The notes beneath the pieces were generated by a model, which saw only the letters and a list, made by a program, of their open reading frames with translations, had not been told where the DNA came from and did no database searches. Below, piece by piece: positions 1 through 12,852 of a stretch of 64,000 nucleotides of DNA. The DNA comes from Selaginella moellendorffii (lineage: Eukaryota; Plantae; Lycopodiophyta). Positions within the stretch are counted from its first letter, which is position 1; every line of letters begins with the position of its first letter. The stretch lies in contig NW_003314324.1 in assembly GCF_000143415.4 (NCBI RefSeq), forward strand, positions 224,011-288,010, in the 5' to 3' direction. The translations under genes and the position numbers were made by a program.

Positions 1-2166
1 ATGAGTGTTTGTTAATGGGTACGTTAGGCATGGCTGACCAATTTGAGGCATAGTCTAGCTCCTACTTGCATGCCTATCCTTGTTCTACGTCTAACTTGGG
101 TCAAAGCCCAAGTTGCATACCATGTTAACTGATAAAATACTTATATCCTCGTGTTAGACCACTAGTATGTTAAAATAGTGCCTGACTCTATTTAGCTCTA
201 TTTTGGGTGTTGATTATGGTATTGGGATATTCAAAACTCTAAGACTATTCTAATGTTGCTTTGTATTCTTGTCCCTTCAAGTTGAACACTTAGGAATCAC
301 TCCATACTCTAGTTCCTTTACTCCTTGGTTGCAAGCTTAAGAATTTGGCTCCATTCTTTCATTTAGTGCCTTAAGGCTTTAAAAGTTAGATCATGTGGCA
401 TATGGCATGTGGCATATGACATGTGGCACATGGAAGGTTTAGGTTCCGCTTTATGATTATCCTATGGTAAATCACCATCAGATATAGGGTGAAAACCACA
501 TGCACTACAATAAATTATGAACACATGATAAATGATGTTTAATTTCTTTAGATGATATTAGGAAACTCCTCAAATTTTATGAGTTTGACTATCAAGCAAT
601 TTTGCATAGTGTTCAACTCTTTCTATGTGAATAGATATATAAAAAGTTTGTGATTCCTTTACATTTGTAAAGCATAAACAATAAAAAACAACTCTTGCTT
701 ATATATAGAATATTATTGCTTTGCATAATTACTCTTATATACAATAGGTTGTCCTTTTCACATGAGAACTATTCCCTAGATAACCTCATCATAAGTAATC
801 TCATAAAGTTTTGACAGATTTATAATATAAAGCATTGAAGCCTACTCAATAACTATTCAAAGCCTTAAAACTATCATTTTATAAACAATTTCACTTAAAT
901 AGCACATAATTACGCAATAAACATGTCAAAGGAATAGCCACCTCCACAATGTACATGAAAACATCAATAATAACTAACCATACCACACTAAAGTTGTATA
1001 TATATACCTTTCTTGGATTTGTAAATATCATAATTAGCCTAGTTTTGATTTTGCAAATTTGCAATTACTTTTCTTTACATAAAGTTTGTTATTATAGTAA
1101 TAAAAAAAAACCTTTTGCAAATGCTCCTCTATATTATTGTTAAAAAACAAGAATATCATCCAAGAAAATCTCCACAAACTCATATCTTAGTTTGTTCAAG
1201 GCAAAACTTCATTAGCCCATACAAGAAGGCTAAGTCCATCCATTTTATTCGTCTCTCATTTTGTCCATATTCTTTGTATTTAGGCTTGAGTTCATATGAG
1301 TTTATAGTGTGTCACAAGCCTAACTAGTACTTTAGACTTGTCATGTGAGGCTTGAAAGTCTCTTTTGTATTTTATTATTCTCATCTTAGTATCAAAGGGG
1401 GTGATCATGAGCCTCGTTCCATTCATAATGTGTTTCTCAATTCATGTGTGTAAATTCTCAATTGCCACTCCATAAGCTGATAGCTCCAAAATGAGTTTAA
1501 AATTTAAAAATAAAGAATTTCCCATTTCCCACTTCCCATTTCCCATTTCCCACTCATTCACTACCTTCTTCCATGTCAAAAGCACCACAAATTATGTTAG
1601 GCTTAAATGGGCCCTCATAATAAGTGGAAAAGGCTCAACAAGTCATCCTCACCAACAAATGAGTTTAGGTTTAAGGGGATTCAAAATGAACCTCAAATCA
1701 CTCAATTGCATTCATCAACCATGTTGAATTCATTGGCTCCAAATAGTATAAGAGTGTCACCACATTCTCTTCCCAACCAAGAGGCTCTCTCCTTATATAA
1801 TTTATTTATATGTGATCATGAACCTTGAGCCCCACCCCCCTCAAAGAAAATAAGTTTTGAGAAAAAACTCGAGATTTCTTTCTTTAAGTTTTAAAAAAAT
1901 AAATCTTTAAACAATTATAACTCTTACCACAAGTGTCCATTCGACATAAGAGTGGTACCATTAAATTCATCTTGATCTAAACTTTATGAACATGTAATTT
2001 TTAATTTAATTTAAGATACTTAAAAATTCAAGACTTGCCCAAGTATTTAATTCCTCATCAACATATTTATTATGTTCCTTTTAATTAATTTTGGTGTCAT
2101 ACTTGATAAATGCTTAAATACCAAGGGGATAATCAATTTTATGTTAAATTGTTGGGGTTCATTACA
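1..2166. mobile_element. AT-rich repeat region, possibly an LTR/retroelement remnant ending in an LTR-like terminus
   Basis: No credible ORF. Short tandem motifs (CATGTGGCATATGG ~391-432; CCCATTT ~1520-1552). Ends in GGGGTTCATTACA (2154-2166), resembling plant Gypsy LTR termini (TGTAA...TTACA). Confidence 0.3.
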
Positions 2167-2742
2167 GTCATGACAACTTCACTACCCTTATTATGTTTTA
2201 AACCAAATTCCTACATATAAATGAATTTTCAATTTAAAGAGCCTGGAGTAGTGGGGACTGCAACAACAACAAATTCACATTAACTTCCACATAGAAGAAA
2301 TTGTAATGCTCCAACTGACTTAAGTGGCAACCACCAATTTCCAAGCAGATGGGTACCTCATAACTAACATGTAGCTACTCACATCCATTCAATACCAACT
2401 GTAAGAGATTTAGACCCCTGATTGACAGACTCAACTCTTCCAAAAACTAGGGAGTCTTGAAATATAACAAATCTCCTCAATAACGTATGGCATCTATTCT
2501 ACAGACCCTTACTGCATGATAGGTGTCCACAAGTGCTGTGTTGCTTCAATGCTCTCTAATTCAAGATGTGTACACAAGGAAGAAGCCATATTCCCTATGG
2601 TACTATTGCTGTTTGTCTTACTACAAATTTGAAAACAATTTTTTCTAGTGTTGAAGAGAATTGCCTCACTGCCTACGGTTTCACTTGTACTCAAGGAGCA
2701 TGTTATTCTCAGGTGCCAATCCAATGCAAGTTCACAAGGTTC

Positions 2743-2863
2743 AAGTTTTATTGTGTCCACATAATATGCAATCCTAGTGTCTACAATACTTGGTCAATTG
2801 TGAAGCACATGTAAGAGGTTACAAGGGAGCTAAGTATAAGGGGTTTCACACATTATTGAAGCA
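2743..2863 (+). pseudogene. Frameshifted RNase H1 N-terminal hybrid-binding (caulimovirus viroplasmin-like) domain remnant
   Basis: Across a frameshift near 2795 it reads KFYCVHIICNPSVYNTW/NCEAHVRGYKGAKYKGFHT..EA, matching the FYAV..G..PGVY.TW.EC..QV.GY.GA.YK.F consensus. Confidence 0.65.
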
Positions 2864-3238
2864 AATATTCCATAAACAATACAGAAGTTCAATGAAAAAA
2901 CTCTTTATAAATATGTATCACAGATAAGATTTACCATAAATCTATTGTTCGAAGTTGTGGTGTCACCTTGTTTAGACTATATATGTTGTGTTAGTGTGGA
3001 TAGAGGACATTACTGTTCTAGAAGCAATGCATCCAACATAGGCTCTAGTTTAGGAGGCAACAACTCCTCGTTGTTGTTCTTTAGTAGGCTATCAGGGAAT
3101 AAGATTAATTGGCTTGAAGGAATAGTGTTATCATCAATATAGTCTTCGCCTTCAAGACTTGTGGGGGAGATGTAGTCTGCGAGAGGGAGTGAGGCTGAAG
3201 TTTACAATAGACTTCCACCAATTGGAACCGGCTTTCTC

Positions 3239-4585
3239 ATGGACTCACTCGAATTCGTAACTGAATATGGAAGCAGCTTACCGAATGTGGAAGCGGCTTA
3301 CGAATTTGGAACCAATTTTGTGAGCAGCAACCGAATTTGGAAGCGGCATACGAATGTGGCCGTAGTGAGGCTGAAGAAGCATGGGAAGCGATTCGAGATT
3401 GCTTGTTACAAGAACAAGGTCCTGTCTTGGCGATCCAAAGTGTAAGTCTTGACTTTGTTGGATCTATCGGCAGTCAGTTACCGGTTTCATTTGCATTTGG
3501 TGATCCAGGGAGAAAGACATCGACGAAGTGCTGCAGACTCATACTGTGTACTGCAATGTTTCAAAGGGTATTCTTGCAAAGTCCAAGGAGCTCATGGAAG
3601 CGTTTGGTACAACGGATGAGGAGAAAATCTGCCTTGAGGTACATGCCTGGAAGTCTCAGTTATAGGTACCACTAAATTGAACGAAATGCAGATACTGGAG
3701 AAGGGGGAGCTTCAAATCGCCGGCAAGGAGAGAGAAGTGCAGTTGTCAAGTCAGTTCCGGGATATTGCAACTATCGTCATGGACAAGACCCTTAACCCTG
3801 AGACTGAACGACCATATACAATAAGTATGATAGAGCGCTTCATGCGTGAAGCTCACTTTGCAGTAGATCCTCACAGATCATCAAAGAAACAGGTAGCGAC
3901 ATTTTGACTTTTCCTGCTGATTCTAATGTGTATATATGGCTTGTCTTTTCGCAGGCATTAGAGCTCATCAGAGAGTTACAAAAGCATTATCCCATTATGA
4001 GGGCGCAAAATGAGACTGAAGCTGTCCGTGTCTACGGACCAGCGGCAAAAGCTCTCTGAACAACTAAATAATTGGCAAGCACGAGTAGAAGGCGAAGAAG
4101 TTGCTAACGGTGTCTGCTCGATAGTAAGTTACTTGAATATTTCGAAGTCAGGCTCAACCAGTCCCTTACTCGAGTGGAGGCTGGTTATTTTCGGGCATGT
4201 GATTCCTTGATAAGGGAGTGCGGTGGAAAGCTTGACGTACTCTCTATGGCGGTGCATAAAGATGACGATGAAGATGGAGAAGGAGAGGAAACAAGTAGTC
4301 AGACGGATACCGTACAGGGAATTGCATCCAAACTCAAGAATACAGAAATTGCACCTTCGAAAAAAGAGACGACCGCTCCAACCAGTTCTGGGAAGAGATG
4401 CCTGACATGCAATGCGGTGATTGGAGATGCACAGGAGTTCAGGGAGCACTCACTACAAGAGCGATTGGCACAAGCATAACTTGAAGAGGAAAGTCAGACA
4501 GCTACCACTGTTGAGCGCGGAGGAATGCTTGTTGGATTCGTCAGTTGCGGATCAGGGAAATGACATGAACGAGCACAGCCGTTAA
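3239..4585 (+). pseudogene. SBDS: SBDS/Sdo1 ribosome maturation factor, intron-containing, disrupted
   Basis: [41 protein letters not shown]-terminal zinc finger C..C...FREH.YKSDWHKHNLKRK, GT-AG introns. Lesions: +1 frameshift in the A-run 4007-4010, 4-bp duplication CACT 4447-4454, abnormal N-terminus. Confidence 0.88.
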
Positions 4586-4773
4586 GAAGCAGCTAAGTTT
4601 AGCATATAGTCTAGTGACTCTAGTATAGTTGAGGTGCGGGGAAATAAACGTTCGCGTGGAACCAGAGGCTACATCTTGTCCGTCCATTGATTGCGATTGC
4701 GATGGGATTGAATGCTTGGAATGTTCTGCTGCTTACGTGTTGGTATTGAGACTCAGCTGGAAGAGCAGCTGCT

Positions 4774-6811
4774 ATGGGAGCGCAGCGGGTCGACTTGCGA
4801 GGAAAGTAATCAATAGTTCTCGCACATTCGGAACAGCCGCTTTGGAGGTTCAGTAGCTCTATCTAGGTCTTTTTTATTTCCAAATTCATCTGATCCCTGC
4901 TTTCCTACAGCATGGAAGCAGCTACAGGTCCTCGGGCGCTGCTTTGGACGAGACTGCATTGCAGGTATAGATTCTGTTGTCATCAAGTATAAATTGATTG
5001 ATCAATTTACTGATTACAAAGCTTGCAGCAATTTGCCACAGACACTATTGCTCCTCATGCTGCCAATATCGACGCCACAAATTCAATCCCGAAGGTCGTT
5101 TGAATAATTGCATCACCCTATTTGATCATCTAAGCTCCATCTTGCAGAATGTGAATCTCTGGAAACTGATGGGCGACTTCAATTTGCACGGCATCACGGC
5201 TCCTGGTAAGTTCCTTGCTATACGTTTTTTATTCTGTTCAGATCTCATGGGAAAAATATGGGGGACTTGGGCTCGGCTATCTGTACCACTGTTAGGCAAT
5301 GGAGGAAATTAGTCGCGCTTCTGGATTCGTTGGTCTCTCATACGGTGCTCATTCCAATCTTTGCATCAACCAGCTGGTAAGCACTAGTTCAGATCGCTGT
5401 AGGCTCATGATTTCCATAACCAAGTAAGGAACGGTAACGAAACTCAGAAGGAAAAATATTTACCACAGGTATGTAGCTTTGAAATTGAGGTTGCACAGAG
5501 ATTCTAACTCCTCCATGACCTGAAGTTGATAAGCGGAGACCATGTGGGGGCCCTCGTGATGAGCGAACCAAATTGTCCGTTTGTTGCGTTTTCATATTTT
5601 GGAGATTTACGCTTTTTCGTCATTTTTCTTGCAGCGGGGTCTGATGTGGTCAGCATGAAATGCAAGGCTGTACGCGTGGATGAGGGATACATCTTGAACG
5701 GAAACAAAATCTGGTGCACCAATGGACCTGTTGCTAATACTTTGGTCTGTGGACTTTTCATCTCTTTACGTATCTGACCCAAATTGAGCAGATAGTGTAC
5801 GCGAAAACTGACCTGAGTGCTGGAGCACATGGAATCACCGCGTTTATTATTGAAAAGGGGATGCAAGGGTAATTTTTTACTGTTGCTTAACTTACCCGAA
5901 ACTTGATGTGGGTCATCTACAGCTTCAGCACAGCTCAGAAGCTAGATAAGCTTGGAATGCGTGGAAGTGATACGTATGCTGTCAAAGCATTTATCAACCT
6001 TCAAAAATTATCTGCTTGAATGGTCTTTGCTAGGTGCGAATTGGTGTTTGAAAACTGTTTCGTTCCCCGAGGACATATTCTTGGCCAGGAAGGCAAAGGT
6101 AAACAGGTACTTGTTGGTGGTGGTGAATTTCTTTCTTTTGCCGCTGCAGGTGTTTATGTGATGATGTCCGGACTGGATCTAGAAAGGCTGGTACTCGCAG
6201 CTGGTCCCGTGGGCCTGATGCAGGCTTGCATGGATAGTGTACTTCCATATGTTCGGCAGAGGGAACAATTCGGAAAGCCAATAGGAGAGTTTCAGCTTAT
6301 GCAGGTACTCTACTGTCCTTTTTTTTCCAGCCTTACCCTGTTCTGTAATAGGGAAAATTACCTGATATGTACACCAAACTGCAAGCTGCAAGGTACTTAG
6401 AAACTACACCCGAGTGCCCTTTGTCTGACTCCTGCTCGTTACAGGTCGTTTGTGCACTCGGTTGCTCGAGACTGTGACGCTGGTCGCATTGACAGAAAGG
6501 TAACTCGTGATCTCTTTGTGCTTTGTAAATCTTTTTTCTTGGCAGGATTGTGCTACAGCAATACTTTTTGCTTCTGAAAATGCAACTCAAGTCGCTCTAC
6601 AGGTAAGAGAAAACGCTGCTCTATATAAACTGAAATTCACGGGCAGTGTACGTGATTCCAGGCGGTCCAGTGCCTTGGCGGGAATGGCTATGTGAACGAT
6701 TATCCTACGGGCAGGCTACTCAGAGACGCTAAACTATACGAAATTGGAGCTGGAACAAACGAGATCCGAAGGATGTTGATAGGGAAGCAGCTCTACAAAG
6801 GTGATTATTAA
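4774..6811 (+). pseudogene. IVD: Isovaleryl-CoA dehydrogenase, multi-exon, with in-frame stop
   Basis: Exons read [90 protein letters not shown], stop 6809-6811. Premature TAG at 5293-5295 (YLYHC*AMEEISR). First exons appear frame/splice damaged. Confidence 0.88.
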
Positions 6812-7248
6812 GTCGACCAAATTCTCCCCGCAATCGAGGAAAATTCACACAAAACGAAATGGACGGTTTGACGAAACCCACGAATGGTCAGGATCTTTTG
6901 CTCGTTAAGTTGCCATTTGGCAAGTTTGTATTCTGCCAGATGTAAGAGTGAGGCTGGATTGCCCATCTGACAGCGAGACCGACCGCACCAGACTCAATGG
7001 CCAGTATGACATTGATGAGTTCGTGAGCGCGAGTGTGAATATTGAAAATAGCTGCCGTGTGCGGGTGGACGACGATTTTATCACACCAAGGGAGCTCGGG
7101 GGTTGCTCAATTCCGATTACGTTCCGTCCGGACAGCCATTGAGCAACTGCGCTAAAAGTGCAAGCGCCAATGGAAGAATTCTGACATACAGATCAAGGAG
7201 CGCGATGGCCATGCACATTTGAGTACGCGCCAAATGCGTGCCCGCCAC

Positions 7249-7368
7249 CACGCATCTCAGCCGTCAGTGGCACCCGCATCTCGGCCGTCAGTGGCACCCG
7301 CATCTCAACCGTCAGTAGCACCTGCATCTCGGCCGTCAGTGGCACCCGCATCTCAGCCGTCAGTTGCG
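7249..7368. repeat. 24-bp minisatellite, about 5 copies
   Basis: Unit CGCATCTCAGCCGTCAGTGGCACC repeated with few substitutions. Confidence 0.9.
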
Positions 7369-7680
7369 CCTGCCTAGACGTTGCCTTCATGTCCACTCCC
7401 CTCAGTTCCAATTCCTCGGTTTCGGTTTCGTTCCAATTCCATCAATCCCCATTCCCTCAATTCCACTTCCATCAATTTCAATTCAGTAACCACTTGCATC
7501 ATCATAAAGTTGAGATACAGTAATTAATAAATCTAGTTCTGTCAGGTTTGTGTTTCTGGATTCATAAAACTGATAATATATTTCCAAACGAAACAAAATC
7601 ATATAAAATAATTGTAGGTAGAAATTAAATATTGCTGTAATATTCTTATTATTTCCTTAAACATATTTATTATTACAAAA

Positions 7681-8150
7681 CTTACGTCACCTAGTTTCTA
7701 GCCGGCAGGCAGACGTCATGAGAAGCTACTTGGCTAAATCTGTATGCCAGAATATGAAGAGGATCCGAATCCCTAGTTGCAACTAACACTCAACCCACCT
7801 TGTCATTGTCTACAAACCTGAACAACTAAATTGTCCATGGAGTTACAATCACAAGTCGGATCTTTGGGGTGGAAGTGATCACTTGCAAGAGCACCTTCCA
7901 AGTCCATTCATTGTGCATATTGGTGACCTAATGCTTTCTCTAGAGGTTTTCATTTTGCGCTCTCTCGTGACTCTTGCTGACTTTGTAGTCAATTCTGCTC
8001 AGCCTAGTCAAGGACGTGAACGCCGTTGGAGACAAAAGTGAATTGTTCTCTCACATTTGTCAAAGTCGCTTCACAAGCCTCCGATGACAAGAGCCCGGCG
8101 TCAAGAACGTGCACGACACGGCCTAGCTATGCACACAGACTGTATAAAAA
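7681..8150 (+). promoter_or_regulatory. Putative defence-type promoter of the glucanase (TGA/ocs half sites, W-boxes, TATA)
   Basis: CTTACGTCA 7681-7689, GACGTCA 7712-7718, AGTCAA (reverse W-box) at ~7987 and ~8006, TATAAAA ~8144 upstream of ATG 8190. These short motifs can occur by chance. Confidence 0.4.
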
Positions 8151-8189
8151 CCAACTGTATGAACTTGTGATTCAGCAATTCGCATCGAA

Positions 8190-9271
8190 ATGGCGAGCGC
8201 GCGGGTGCTCATCTGCACTACTTTGCAGATTTTGTTGCTGGCCTCAAGCGCATTTCTTGATAGCGGTGGGTAAATTCGTAGAGGTCTGGGTTTGCATGTT
8301 GTTCCTCAAGGTTTGAATTGTTGTATGCAGCTGCAATTGGTGTCAATCTTGGTTTTTCTGGGAACAACTTACCTCCAATATCTCGGACTGTGGAGCTCAT
8401 TAAGTCCCTTCCAATAAACATCGACCGAGTGAAGATATTTGAAGCGAACGTGGATGTCATACGCGCGTTTGCGGGCTCAAACTTGAAGATGCTGGTGTCT
8501 GTAACGAATGATGAAATCTCCAACATCGCGAGCAGTAGCCAGGCTGCCGCCAACTGGGTGAACGACCACATCGCTCCAGTTGCATCCTCCACAAATATAG
8601 AGTTTGTCGCTGTTGGTAATGAAGTACTGTCTCCTTCACGAAACGATCTGGTTCCAGCAATGAGAAACATCAGGAGCGCTCTGGATGCGAGTAACTTCCG
8701 AAACATCAAGGTTACAACACCACTTGCGCTCAACTTCCTCGCGGACGGCAGTTTCCCTCCATCCAAAGGCAGCTTCCGAGGTGACTACAGCTCCATACTC
8801 GGATCTCTGCTGGACTTCCTCTCGAGCACAGACTCCCCATTCATGGTGAACGTGTACCCCTACTTCTCGTGGAAAAACGACCAATCCATCCAGCTGAGCT
8901 ACGCCTTGTTCCAAAGCCGCCAAACCGTGGTATCGGATGGCCAGTACAACTACAACAACCTGCTGGATGCGACCGTGGACACTGTGTACGCGGCAATGGA
9001 GAAATCCGGCCATGGAAATGTTAAAATCGCAATCGGAGAAAGTGGCTGGCCAAGCAGTGGAGGAGACGGCGCCACAACTGAGAATGCTCAAGCGTACCTC
9101 TCCGGTCTCATCAACAAGATCAACAGTGGGAATGGAACTCCTCGCATTTCAGGCCCGCTCATAGCCAACATCTTCGCTCTGTATGATGAAAATCAGAAAG
9201 GAGGCGAAGAAATTGAGAGGCACTTTGGGTTGCTCCGCCCGGATGGTACACCTAAATACTCCTTACCGTGA
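8190..9271 (+). CDS. Secreted glucan endo-1,3-beta-glucosidase (GH17, PR-2 type)
   Basis: Exon 1 8190-8265 encodes a signal peptide (MASARVLICTTLQILLLASSAF); intron 8266-8330; exon 2 has IGVNLG, AVGNE (acid/base), IGESGWPS (nucleophile), ERHFGL. No X8/GPI tail. Confidence 0.93.
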
Positions 9272-9529
9272 TGTGACCAACAGTCATATCGTCAAATAAA
9301 GTCAACATAGTCAAACATTGACTATGTTTGAGCATTTTGAAATGAAGGGCTCGCTCCCTGTTTGCTAAATAAAGTTTTCTTTACCACCAATTAAGTCGTG
9401 TAACTGTATTGTTTTAGTCCGTTGAATAGTCTGAATTCAATAATTAGTATAAATTTAATAAACTGAATTAAAAAATAATCAAGATCCCCGCTTTCCCTAG
9501 GGCATCACCATGGCATCAGCATAGAAGCC

Positions 9530-9955
9530 TTAGTCACAGATGTTGTTCAGATTGCCACGACACATAAGCAAACACCATGTTATACCATTCACGGAGTGAA
9601 TGCAGTAAAGGTCTTTACCTTTAGCAAATGCATTCTTATAAATATAATTCCTAATTTGTACAAAAGCATTATAACCTTGAAGTCCATCAAATCCAACTTG
9701 TAGTGGCTTGAGACTGCATAATATATTAGGTGCCATTGAAAAGGTCCTAATAGCAAATGAACCCAGAATTTTTGCCGTTTTTAGAGGAGTAATAGTTTCA
9801 TCTATGTTTTCTATTAAAGATACAAACTGTTTTCTAGATAATTTAGGATTATCTGAGTACAATGTCATAGGATGATCAGGAAATATATCTTCATCTGGTG
9901 GTGGTGGTAGTGCAAAAATGCATAAAGGTAAATTAAGAATTAGTAGTATATTCAT
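9530..9955 (-). pseudogene. 3'-truncated duplicate of the AT-rich secreted lectin gene (no lectin domain)
   Basis: Near-identical to the 5' part of 11884-12852; homology stops at ~9610; internal 62-nt plus 1-nt deletions. Confidence 0.8.
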
Positions 9956-10648
9956 TTCAAGCTATAACTTTACCATTTTGGTTAATTTAAAAGGTTAATA
10001 AAGTTTCATTGTGTAATTTGGTGTACATGTTATGAAAAACTCCGTTACAAATGGCAACAGAGGAGATGTCTGCGTCAAATCGTCTCACATAGAACAGAGT
10101 TCCCAAGAATCCTATTCCTATTTCTTCACGTTCGTACCAAGGACCGTGGCGATTCCAGCATCGTTGCCTTTGACACGCTGGCGGCTTTGGAGAATCTAAA
10201 GTTCTTCACGCGCTGTGGCAGCCTTTGTTATGATCCTCGCCACTTGGCTCGAAGGGATGTCCCTTTTTAAACTCGAGCCTCGACCGATGGAGGAGGTGGA
10301 GCTGCTGTGGACTCTTGGACGCCTCCTCCAGCTTCTTCAGCTTCTTCTGGTTCTCCGCCTCCTCTTTTGACACCTCCTTGACAAACGCAACCCGGAGCTT
10401 ACGTTTTATCACCTTGAGCTTCTCCAAGAGCTTGGCGTCGTCAGGTAGCACCTTGATCGCCACCTGCGAGAGAATCCAAACAAAAACCAGATGAATGTTA
10501 AAATGTTCCTTAACATTTATTAAAGAAAAAAAAATTTCACTCGACTCTCTCACCGTTTATAAGTGTTCCCACACCAAGTATATCGAGGATAACCTGCAGA
10601 TCTTTCAGCGCTCCTCGGAGATCGCCCAGGCCCTCAAATGCCAGTGCT
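9610..10648. repeat. ~1.05-kb local segmental duplication of 12435-13500
   Basis: Colinear near-identity from GGTCTTTACCTTTAGC to CAAATGCCAGTGCT in both places; contains the lectin 5' half and the TPR gene 3' end. Confidence 0.92.
10125..10648 (-). pseudogene. Duplicated 3' fragment of the TPR gene
   Basis: VAIKVLPDDAKLLEKLKVIKRKLRVAFVKE matches 12994-13344; lacks 5' exons; indels in the tail. Confidence 0.82.
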
Positions 10649-11883
10649 TTTGAAACATTCAACGCTTTTAAATTAGTTTAGCATGTGCAGAAGTTGTATA
10701 AATTTAAATATGATTCTAGTTTTGTTTGTTTTGCAGAAAAAAGAGATCCTATTAAAAAAAAAGTGATAATATGAGCTTATGAAATGCAGTAGGAGAAATC
10801 CTCAACAAGGCAATGATTGATGAAATTGATGTAAATGCAATTGTCCACCATAAGACCCTTGATATATTAAGCATTTCATTGTTGATCAAGTTTATAAATC
10901 CCAACTTTGCAAATGAAACTCTACCATTTCCCTCCATATCTAGATATGGAAATCTTTGGACATATTGCATACTAATTGGGATGGATAGTAGTTAATGTAT
11001 CTTTGAACCTTGGTTTAGTTTGATAAAAAAGTAAGTAATTTCACATTTGATTTTAGCAAGTTTTTAGCTTGACTTTCAGGATATGAGCAAGACAACTCTT
11101 AGGTTGTTTGAAAAATCCAACACTTCAGCTAAGGCATATGCTCATTTCCAGCAAAAAAAGACATGTAAGGCTACTTTGTTAGACTACTCAACATTTATAT
11201 TTTCCTTTACAAGATATGGACTGTGGATATCAAATTTTTAGATAAATTAGAGGAAATCAATAGAGTAGAAATTTGAAAGTCTCTTCCTTGACAACAATGT
11301 ACTTTTTTTATGTACCAGTGTACCAATCAAAATTTAAATTTAAATGTAATTATACTAGACTGACCTATATTTAGACTACCTTTCCATATTTGAAATCTAA
11401 ATTACATCTTTCTATTCAATCTATGTTTAGAAAATTAAAATACCAATATATATATACATGGAAAAATAAGGTAATATATTCTTTCATTTGGAGATGATGT
11501 GACATAGTATGTATTTTTGTTAACATAAAGGTGGTTATAATCTGGAGGTTAACAATTCAATTGTCACATATCTCTTGCTATAGAACATTGACTTTAAATT
11601 TTATTGTTAAATATTAACTTAAATTGAAGAGGTTAAAAATGTATCTTGTATACCTTATGCTATTTGTTAAGCATACATCCATACATATGACTAAATTTCT
11701 AAACTGAATCTTGTATATCACTATATTATAGAGAAACATTTATATCTATTGCTATATTGAGTAACTAAATTTAATTAAATATTACTACTTTATAACTAAA
11801 ATTAATAAGTAAAATAATAATTTTAAAATTACTTATTTTATAACTTTCTAAAACAATTCTATATTTTCTTTATTTTAGATGAT

Positions 11884-12852
11884 TTAAGACTTTGTTGACC
11901 ATAGAATTTCACCTTCCTCTGTATTATAAATATAAAAGTTACCATCATCTGATACTTCTAAACCTGTTTGATATTTTGAGTGTTGTGATAATAATTCCCA
12001 TATTAAAATGTTATTATTTACTATAGTTAAATGACCAGTTCGGTCTAAATGTGCAAAACAATCATTTAATATTACTGAATTAATACTTTCACTTGATGTC
12101 ATTAAATTAAAACCTTTACTTTTCCAAATTACTCTTTCACTCCCAATTTTATAAAAAAGTAATTGACAATTTTTCATCGTCAATCTATAATTTTTGTAAG
12201 GTGAAACTAAGCTATTTCCATCTGGTATAGTAGATCTTTGTTTAACACTATCACCACCAATAAGAGCTGATCTATATACATCACAGTGACCATTATAACT
12301 ATTGTAAGTAAATTTTCTTATTGTAAAAGTATTATAATTATAATTATAATATGTTAGAGCTGTACTATTAACATCATATTGAATGCCAAAATTCCTAAAA
12401 TTAGCTTCATATTCACTATAATAGTAAATTAATTGGTCTTTACCTTTAGCAAATGCAGTCTTATAAATATAATTCCTAATTTGTACAAAAGCATTGTAAC
12501 CTTGAAGTGCATCAAATCCAACTTGTAGTGGATTGAGACTGCATAATATATTAGGTGCCATTGAAAATGGTCCTAATGGCAAATGAACCCAGAATATTAA
12601 AGTAATATGCATGTTATCAATAAGAGTACTTTTTGTGTAACTCCTTGTCGGAAGAATTTTTGCCGTTTTTAGAGGAGCAATAGTTTCATCTATATTGTTT
12701 ATTAAAGATACAAACTGTATTCTAGATAACTTAGGATTATCTGAGTACAATGTCATAGGCTGATTAGGAAATATATCTTCATCTGGTGGTGGTGGTAGTG
12801 CAAAAATGCATAAAGGTAAATTAAGAATTAGTAATATAATCATTTCAAGCAT
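11884..12852 (-). CDS. Intronless secreted protein: signal peptide, Pro/acidic linker, unknown ~180-aa domain, C-terminal bulb-type (GNA/B-type) lectin domain
   Basis: Hydrophobic N-terminus then PPPPDED. C-terminal STIPDGNSLVSPYKNYRLTMKNCQL..VIWKS..CFAHLDRTGHL..LEVSDDGNFYIY..ILWST fits the three-subdomain B-lectin pattern. Likely start M4 (12843). Confidence 0.8.
   Translation of the reverse strand: MLEMIILLILNLPLCIFALPPPPDEDIFPNQPMTLYSDNPKLSRIQFVSLINNIDETIAPLKTAKILPTRSYTKSTLIDNMHITLIFWVHLPLGPFSMAPNILCSLNPLQVGFDALQGYNAFVQIRNYIYKTAFAKGKDQLIYYYSEYEANFRNFGIQYDVNSTALTYYNYNYNTFTIRKFTYNSYNGHCDVYRSALIGGDSVKQRSTIPDGNSLVSPYKNYRLTMKNCQLLFYKIGSERVIWKSKGFNLMTSSESINSVILNDCFAHLDRTGHLTIVNNNILIWELLSQHSKYQTGLEVSDDGNFYIYNTEEGEILWSTKS

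Noticed and set aside
7193-7411. ORF with AEMRVPLT repeats; repeat array considered as CRISPR-like
   Set aside because: Contiguous 24-bp minisatellite with no unique spacers; no coding support.
9304-9328. 11-bp-stem hairpin after the glucanase stop
   Set aside because: Intrinsic terminators are not used by plant Pol II; too short to assign a function.
10770-11300. Exon-like fragments with splice-like signals
   Set aside because: No recognisable homology and interrupted by stops.
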